The position numbers and the translations under genes were made by a program. From Nanobdellota archaeon (GTDB taxonomy: Archaea > Nanobdellota > Nanobdellia > Pacearchaeales > GW2011-AR1): DNA of 64,000 bases. Every line of letters starts with the position of its first letter. Within the stretch, counting starts at the first letter, position 1. Positions 58,961-64,000 of the stretch are shown piece by piece. The stretch is taken from contig JADFRY010000001.1 of the NCBI GenBank assembly GCA_022561055.1, positions 121,262 to 185,261 of the forward strand. The letters run 5' to 3'. The notes under the pieces are model-generated. The model had not been told where the DNA came from and ran no database searches. It saw only the letters and a list, made by a program, of their open reading frames with translations.

Positions 58961-59668
58961 ATGGCAGTAGAAATTACTTTACCGACGTTGGTGACAGTTT
59001 TAGTGACAGCAGCAGTTGATTCTATAAATCCTTGTGCAATAGGAGTTCTTATTCTTTTGATTTCTGTACTCGTAGTTACAAAAAAAAGAGATAAAATGCT
59101 TAAAATTGGATTCCTCTATATCGGGGCAGTATACTTAACTTATTTTATATTTGGTCTTGGTTTAATTGCATTTCTTACCTCAGTCCCTATTGTCTTAGCA
59201 CAATATATCTCAATAGCTGTTGGCCTTTTGGTCATTTTTGGTGGTATTATCGAGATAAAAGATTATTTCTGGTATGGTTTAGGATTTTCATTAATGATTC
59301 CTCACAAATATGCCAAAAAAATAAAAGAAAAAATGAAAAAAATGACAGTAGGAACCATTATATTTTTGGGAGTATTTGTTGCTGCTGTAGAGCTTCCATG
59401 CACAGGCGGACCTTATCTTGCAATAACTCTATTATTATCACAAAACTTTAATATCACGGCATTCTTTCTTCTTGTAATTTATAATATTATATTTGTCATG
59501 CCTCTTTTGATAATATTATTGCTTGTTGTTTTTGGAATAAAGATTCAAAACATTCAAAAATGGAAACAAGCTAATAAAGCATATATGAGATTAATAACAG
59601 GACTCGTGCTTGTTGGATTAGGATGGTTACTTATATTAATCGCAAACGGCACAATAAACCTTAATTAA
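58961..59668 (+). CDS. CcdA/GAP-like membrane protein 4
   Basis: DSINPCAI and ELPCTGGPY motifs. Confidence 0.85.
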   Translation: MAVEITLPTLVTVLVTAAVDSINPCAIGVLILLISVLVVTKKRDKMLKIGFLYIGAVYLTYFIFGLGLIAFLTSVPIVLAQYISIAVGLLVIFGGIIEIKDYFWYGLGFSLMIPHKYAKKIKEKMKKMTVGTIIFLGVFVAAVELPCTGGPYLAITLLLSQNFNITAFFLLVIYNIIFVMPLLIILLLVVFGIKIQNIQKWKQANKAYMRLITGLVLVGLGWLLILIANGTINLN

Positions 59669-59692
59669 GATGAAAAGGAGGATAACTAAACA

Positions 59693-59956
59693 ATGAAGTG
59701 TGTTGTAAAAAGAAAAGGCATTGAGGAACCGTATGATGAAAAGAAAGTTTATGCATCTTGCTATGCTGCAGCACTTAATTGCCATTACAGCGAGAAAAAA
59801 TCTGAGAAGATTGCTTACGACGTAATGAAAAAAATTAATGCGTGGATAAAGAAGAAAAAATCAGTGGGTTCGAAAGAAATCAGGGATAAAGTCATTTCTA
59901 ATTTGAAAGATAGGGATGTGGCTTTAATGTATGAACATCATTTGGATCTTTCTTAG
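59693..59956 (+). CDS. stand-alone ATP-cone protein
   Basis: VVKRKG.EEPYDEKKV..S.EIR. Confidence 0.8.
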   Translation: MKCVVKRKGIEEPYDEKKVYASCYAAALNCHYSEKKSEKIAYDVMKKINAWIKKKKSVGSKEIRDKVISNLKDRDVALMYEHHLDLS

Positions 59957-59961
59957 AGAAA

Positions 59962-60927
59962 ATGATTTATGAAATTTTTATCGGTCTTATTAGTGTTTTA
60001 GGATTACTTATTGGAGCAGAGCTGGTTATTCATAATGCGAGAATTATTGCGCACAAACTTAGAATTTCCGATTTTTTTATTGGTTTAACTATATTTTCTA
60101 TTGGAACAAGTTTGCCAGAGATTGCCACTCATATAATTGCGAGTATTGACATTTTGAGAGGGGTTGATTTTCAAACAATGTCGGGGCTTGCTGTAGGAAC
60201 AAATGTCGGTTCTAATATAATTCAAATAACTCTGATTATTGGCATCGTGGCTTTTTTTGGAGTTTTAAAAGCAAAAAGGAAATTCTTGAGAGTAGACTAT
60301 GTTATGATGCTGGGCTCTATACTAATTTTATTTTTATTTTCACTGAATGGAATAATCTCAAGATTAGAAGGAGCTATTTTATTTTTCCTTTATGTGGCAT
60401 ATCTTATTTATCTTATAATAGATGAGAAAATTCCGAAGAAATTAATTGCCAGCCATTTAAAAGAAAAAGATAAGTTTCATTTATATATTTCTTTAGTCAT
60501 AATAATTGCTGGTTTAGTTATTTTGTTATTGAGTGCTGATAAAATTGCCGAGTTGACTTTATTTTTCTCGGCTAAATATTTAATATCCGGTTCTCTTCTT
60601 GGGACTTTGATTGTTGGTGTAAGCACTGCGCTTCCTGAGTTTACTACTGCAATCTTTGCTCTTAGAAAAAAAAGTTCTGGAATGTCTCTTGGAACATTAG
60701 TCGGGAGTAATATTACAAATCCTTTGATGGCATTAGGAATAGGCGCTATGATATCGACATATTCTATAGATAAGTCTATTTTATGGTATGACATTCCATT
60801 TTGGTTTTTAACATCCTTGATTTTGTTAGCTATAATGTGGCGTACGAAAACGTTAACAAAGAAAGGAGGAATATTCTTAATCCTTGCATATATTTTATTT
60901 GTGATTGTCAGGATTTATTTGTTCTAG
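59962..60927 (+). CDS. Ca2+/Na+ antiporter (CaCA, YrbG-like)
   Basis: GTSLPE..GSN and TALPE..GSN alpha repeats. Confidence 0.93.
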   Translation: MIYEIFIGLISVLGLLIGAELVIHNARIIAHKLRISDFFIGLTIFSIGTSLPEIATHIIASIDILRGVDFQTMSGLAVGTNVGSNIIQITLIIGIVAFFGVLKAKRKFLRVDYVMMLGSILILFLFSLNGIISRLEGAILFFLYVAYLIYLIIDEKIPKKLIASHLKEKDKFHLYISLVIIIAGLVILLLSADKIAELTLFFSAKYLISGSLLGTLIVGVSTALPEFTTAIFALRKKSSGMSLGTLVGSNITNPLMALGIGAMISTYSIDKSILWYDIPFWFLTSLILLAIMWRTKTLTKKGGIFLILAYILFVIVRIYLF

Positions 60928-61008
60928 GGTCTTAGAGATATGAAAGTTAAAGATTCCGTAGGAATCTTTTTATAGATTTATTTATTTCATTTGTGGAGAG
61001 AGGGTTGA

Positions 61009-63717
61009 ATGAAATTTTATAATCGTACGAGTGAGGGCGTCCTCGAGTTTTTTAAAGTAAGTCCGGAAGAGGGATTAACTGAACATGAAGTAATAGCTCA
61101 AAGAGAGACTTACGGAATTAACCGATTGAAAGCAAAGAAAAAAGTAAATCCTTTCATGATATTTATCAACCAATTTCGTAGTTTTATAATTTACATACTT
61201 CTTTTTGCAGTGCTAATATCACTTTTGACAGGAGGTTATATAGATACGATAGTAATACTTGCAATATTATTGTTCAATGCATTTTTTGGTTTCATCCAGG
61301 AATACAAAGCTGAGAAATCAATCGAGGCGCTCAAAAAACTTTCAGGGTTGAAGAGCAGGGTGGTTAGAAATGGAAAAACGATTTTTATTGATACTAAAGA
61401 TTTAGTTCCAGGAGATATAATTCTTTTAGAAGAAGGAGATAAAATTTCTGCTGACTCGAGAATAATTGAAGCAATAAGTCTTCAGGTTATGGAGGCTTCA
61501 TTGACAGGAGAATCAATGCCTGTTGAGAAGAGTGAGAAGGTTTTGGCAGGCGAGTTGACTATTGCAGACAGAAAAAATATGTTGTTTTCTGGGACAGTAG
61601 TCACTAAAGGGAGAGGGAAAGCAGTAGTTACTTCGATAGGAATGAGGACAGAGATAGGGAAAATAGCAGGAATGATAACCGAACTTAAGAAAGAATCGAC
61701 GCCTCTGCAAAAAAAACTTGAGTCTCTTGGGAAATGGATTGGATTAGGGACAATAATAATCTCTATGATGGTGTTTATAGTAGGAGTTACTAAGGAAGGA
61801 TTAATTCCTTTGCTGTTGTCGGGACAATTTTTTGAGTTTATTGTCGAAGCAAAGACGTGGTTTTTGATAGCTATTGCATTGGCAGTGGCGGCTGTCCCAG
61901 AAGGTTTACCGGCAATCGTAACAATAGCTTTGGCACTCGGAGTCAGAAGAATGTTAAAAAGGAATTCTCTAATAAGAAGACTTCCTTCTGTGGAAACACT
62001 CGGTGAAACAAATGTAATCTGCGCTGATAAAACAGGAACATTAACAAGAAACGAGATGACTATAAAAAGAGTTTATACTAATTTGAAAGATATTGAGGTT
62101 GGTGGGGGAGGTTATGAGATAAATGGAAAGGCGACTTGTTCAGGGAAACCGATTAGTGAAAATGACTTGCTTATTTTTCAAATAGGAGTTTTATGTAATA
62201 ATGCTTTATTAGAATTAGATAAAAAGAAATTAAAAATAATTGGAGACCCGACAGAGGCTTCTCTCTTGGTGAGTGCTGAAAAGGCAGGAATAAGACATGA
62301 TAAGTTTAGAAAATTATGGAAGAGAATAGATGAAGAGCCTTTTGATTCTGAGAGAAAAATGATGAGCACAATCAACAAAGACCCAAAAACTGCAAAAGAG
62401 TATGTTTTTACAAAGGGCGCTTCGGAGAGAGTTGTTGAAAAATGCGACAGAATAATGATAAATGGAAGAGTAACGAGATTGAGGGCTGATATTAAGAAAA
62501 AGATACTCGATAAAAATGATGAGTTTGCCAAACAAGCTTTAAGAGTTTTAGCATTTGCTTATAAAGAACATAAAAAAAGTGAGTCATTAGAGTCTAATCT
62601 TATTTTTATTGGTTTGCAGGGTATGAGAGACCCACCGAGGAAGGAAGTTAAGGGTGCTATAAAGACGTGTAAAGAGGCAGGGATAAGAGTAATAATGGTC
62701 ACAGGAGATAACAGACATACGGCAGAAGCCATAGCAAAAGATATAGGAATTATTGGGGAGTCAATCGACGGCATGGAGTTTATGAAATTAAATGGTAGAG
62801 AACAGGCAAAAATAATTTCTGAGGTGTCAATATTCTCGAGAGTTGAACCGGGTCATAAAATGAGAATAGTAGAATTGTTGCAAAAGGAAGGAAATATTGT
62901 GGCAATGACAGGCGACGGAGTCAATGATGCTCCAGCATTAAAAAAGGCAGATATTGGAATCGCCATGGGAATAAAAGGCACAGATGTTGCGAAGGAAACC
63001 AGCGACATGATTTTGTTGGATGACAATTTTGTGAGTATAGTTAGTTCTGTAGAAGAAGGAAGAGGCATTTATGAAAATATAAAGAAATTTGTAAATTATT
63101 TGTTGTCTTCCAATATTGCCGAGGTTCTCGTCATATTTTTGGCAATTTTATTTGGTTGGCATTTGCCTATGACTGCGATAATGCTTTTGTGGATTAACTT
63201 AGTTACAGACGGGCTTCCTGCTTTGTCATTGAGTGTTGACCCGAGTCCAAAAGATTTAATGAAACGCCAGCCAAAAAAAGTCAGAGAGAGAATAATGAAT
63301 AAGTCAATGACTTTTAATGTTCTTTATGTTGCTATTTTAATAACAATAGCAGTACTTGGATTGTTTTATTGGGCTATGATTAGTTATGGCAGTGTTGATA
63401 TGGAAGACGGATTTTATGTGCGAAAGATACAAACTATCGCATTTACGGCGATAATAGTCATGGAATTCGTGAGGCTTTACACAGTAAGGTCAGAGTATCA
63501 TCTTGGAATATTTAGTAATAAATATTTAGTGTTGGCTGTTGTGTTATCTATTGCGTTGCAGTTAATTGTTATTTATACTCCTTTGAATGTTTTCTTTGGC
63601 ACAACTTATCTTTCGGTCAAGGATTGGCTGGCGATAATCGGAGCTAGCGCAGGCGTTTTTGTGCTTAATGTTATTGGAATTGGCTTGAAAAATAAGATTA
63701 AGTGGTTTAGGGAATAG
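61009..63717 (+). CDS. P-type IIA (Ca2+-type) ATPase
   Basis: TGES, PEGL, DKTGTLT, GDGVND. Confidence 0.95.
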   Translation: MKFYNRTSEGVLEFFKVSPEEGLTEHEVIAQRETYGINRLKAKKKVNPFMIFINQFRSFIIYILLFAVLISLLTGGYIDTIVILAILLFNAFFGFIQEYKAEKSIEALKKLSGLKSRVVRNGKTIFIDTKDLVPGDIILLEEGDKISADSRIIEAISLQVMEASLTGESMPVEKSEKVLAGELTIADRKNMLFSGTVVTKGRGKAVVTSIGMRTEIGKIAGMITELKKESTPLQKKLESLGKWIGLGTIIISMMVFIVGVTKEGLIPLLLSGQFFEFIVEAKTWFLIAIALAVAAVPEGLPAIVTIALALGVRRMLKRNSLIRRLPSVETLGETNVICADKTGTLTRNEMTIKRVYTNLKDIEVGGGGYEINGKATCSGKPISENDLLIFQIGVLCNNALLELDKKKLKIIGDPTEASLLVSAEKAGIRHDKFRKLWKRIDEEPFDSERKMMSTINKDPKTAKEYVFTKGASERVVEKCDRIMINGRVTRLRADIKKKILDKNDEFAKQALRVLAFAYKEHKKSESLESNLIFIGLQGMRDPPRKEVKGAIKTCKEAGIRVIMVTGDNRHTAEAIAKDIGIIGESIDGMEFMKLNGREQAKIISEVSIFSRVEPGHKMRIVELLQKEGNIVAMTGDGVNDAPALKKADIGIAMGIKGTDVAKETSDMILLDDNFVSIVSSVEEGRGIYENIKKFVNYLLSSNIAEVLVIFLAILFGWHLPMTAIMLLWINLVTDGLPALSLSVDPSPKDLMKRQPKKVRERIMNKSMTFNVLYVAILITIAVLGLFYWAMISYGSVDMEDGFYVRKIQTIAFTAIIVMEFVRLYTVRSEYHLGIFSNKYLVLAVVLSIALQLIVIYTPLNVFFGTTYLSVKDWLAIIGASAGVFVLNVIGIGLKNKIKWFRE

Positions 63718-63781
63718 TTTTGGATTTTATCGTATTAGCTAGAAGCAAAAACTATATAAATAATGGACACAATATATTTTT

Positions 63782-64000
63782 ATGAAAAGATTATATTTTG
63801 GTATGATGATTATAATAGCAGGAATTCTGATAATTTCATCAGTGGTTTTGGCATCTAGTAATTTTAGTAAAGAAGAGTATAGAGTAACAGCACAGGATTT
63901 GGCTGAAATACAGGCAGGAAACAGATGGGCAATCCATGATGGAAAATTAGTACAAGCAAAAGTTCTTTTTCATCATAGACCGGGTCATTCTGGTGGCCCT
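63782..64000 (+). CDS. secreted protein, partial (runs off window)
   Basis: MKRLYFGMMIIIAGILIISSVVLA signal peptide; open to the window end. Confidence 0.6.
   Translation, partial: MKRLYFGMMIIIAGILIISSVVLASSNFSKEEYRVTAQDLAEIQAGNRWAIHDGKLVQAKVLFHHRPGHSGGP

Noticed and set aside
60948..60969. AAAGATTCC-GTA-GGAATCTTT hairpin
   Set aside because: Single short palindrome; may be a terminator or a relative of the repeat family, but too short to assign
1..64000. CRISPR array, rRNA, integrase/transposase, DGR reverse transcriptase or template repeat
   Set aside because: By eye I found no regularly spaced repeats, no long GC-rich RNA gene, no RT or recombinase motifs, and no AAC-rich copy of the VR

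Overview
AT-rich, gene-dense archaeal chromosome segment. The archaeal information genes (TBP, TFE, Rpo11, eS17, Alba, EndA, RadB, NreA, ATP-dependent ligase), the short AlaRS, the bacterial-type LeuRS and the paired TrmB regulators suggest a DPANN archaeon, probably Pacearchaeota/Woesearchaeota-like (inference). Housekeeping content also includes GlyRS, an intron-containing tRNA(CAU), scpB, uppP, an acylphosphatase-UppS fusion and a late purine operon (purE, split purH, purC, purB). Accessory content: (1) a probable remote diversity-generating retroelement (DGR) target gene, with no RT or template repeat seen in the window; (2) an ArsR-led operon with three CcdA-like proteins, two HMA proteins and a thioredoxin; (3) two mosaic paralogous surface proteins (endostatin-like/GLUG/LamG) next to toxin-antitoxin and NYN genes; (4) a NYN nuclease with a GU-rich hairpin leader; (5) a double-hairpin repeat family, one copy carrying nested IS605-like hairpins; (6) a structured non-coding region beside the tRNA; (7) an amber-interrupted RelE-like toxin. 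All calls come from reading motifs by eye; no database searches were run.
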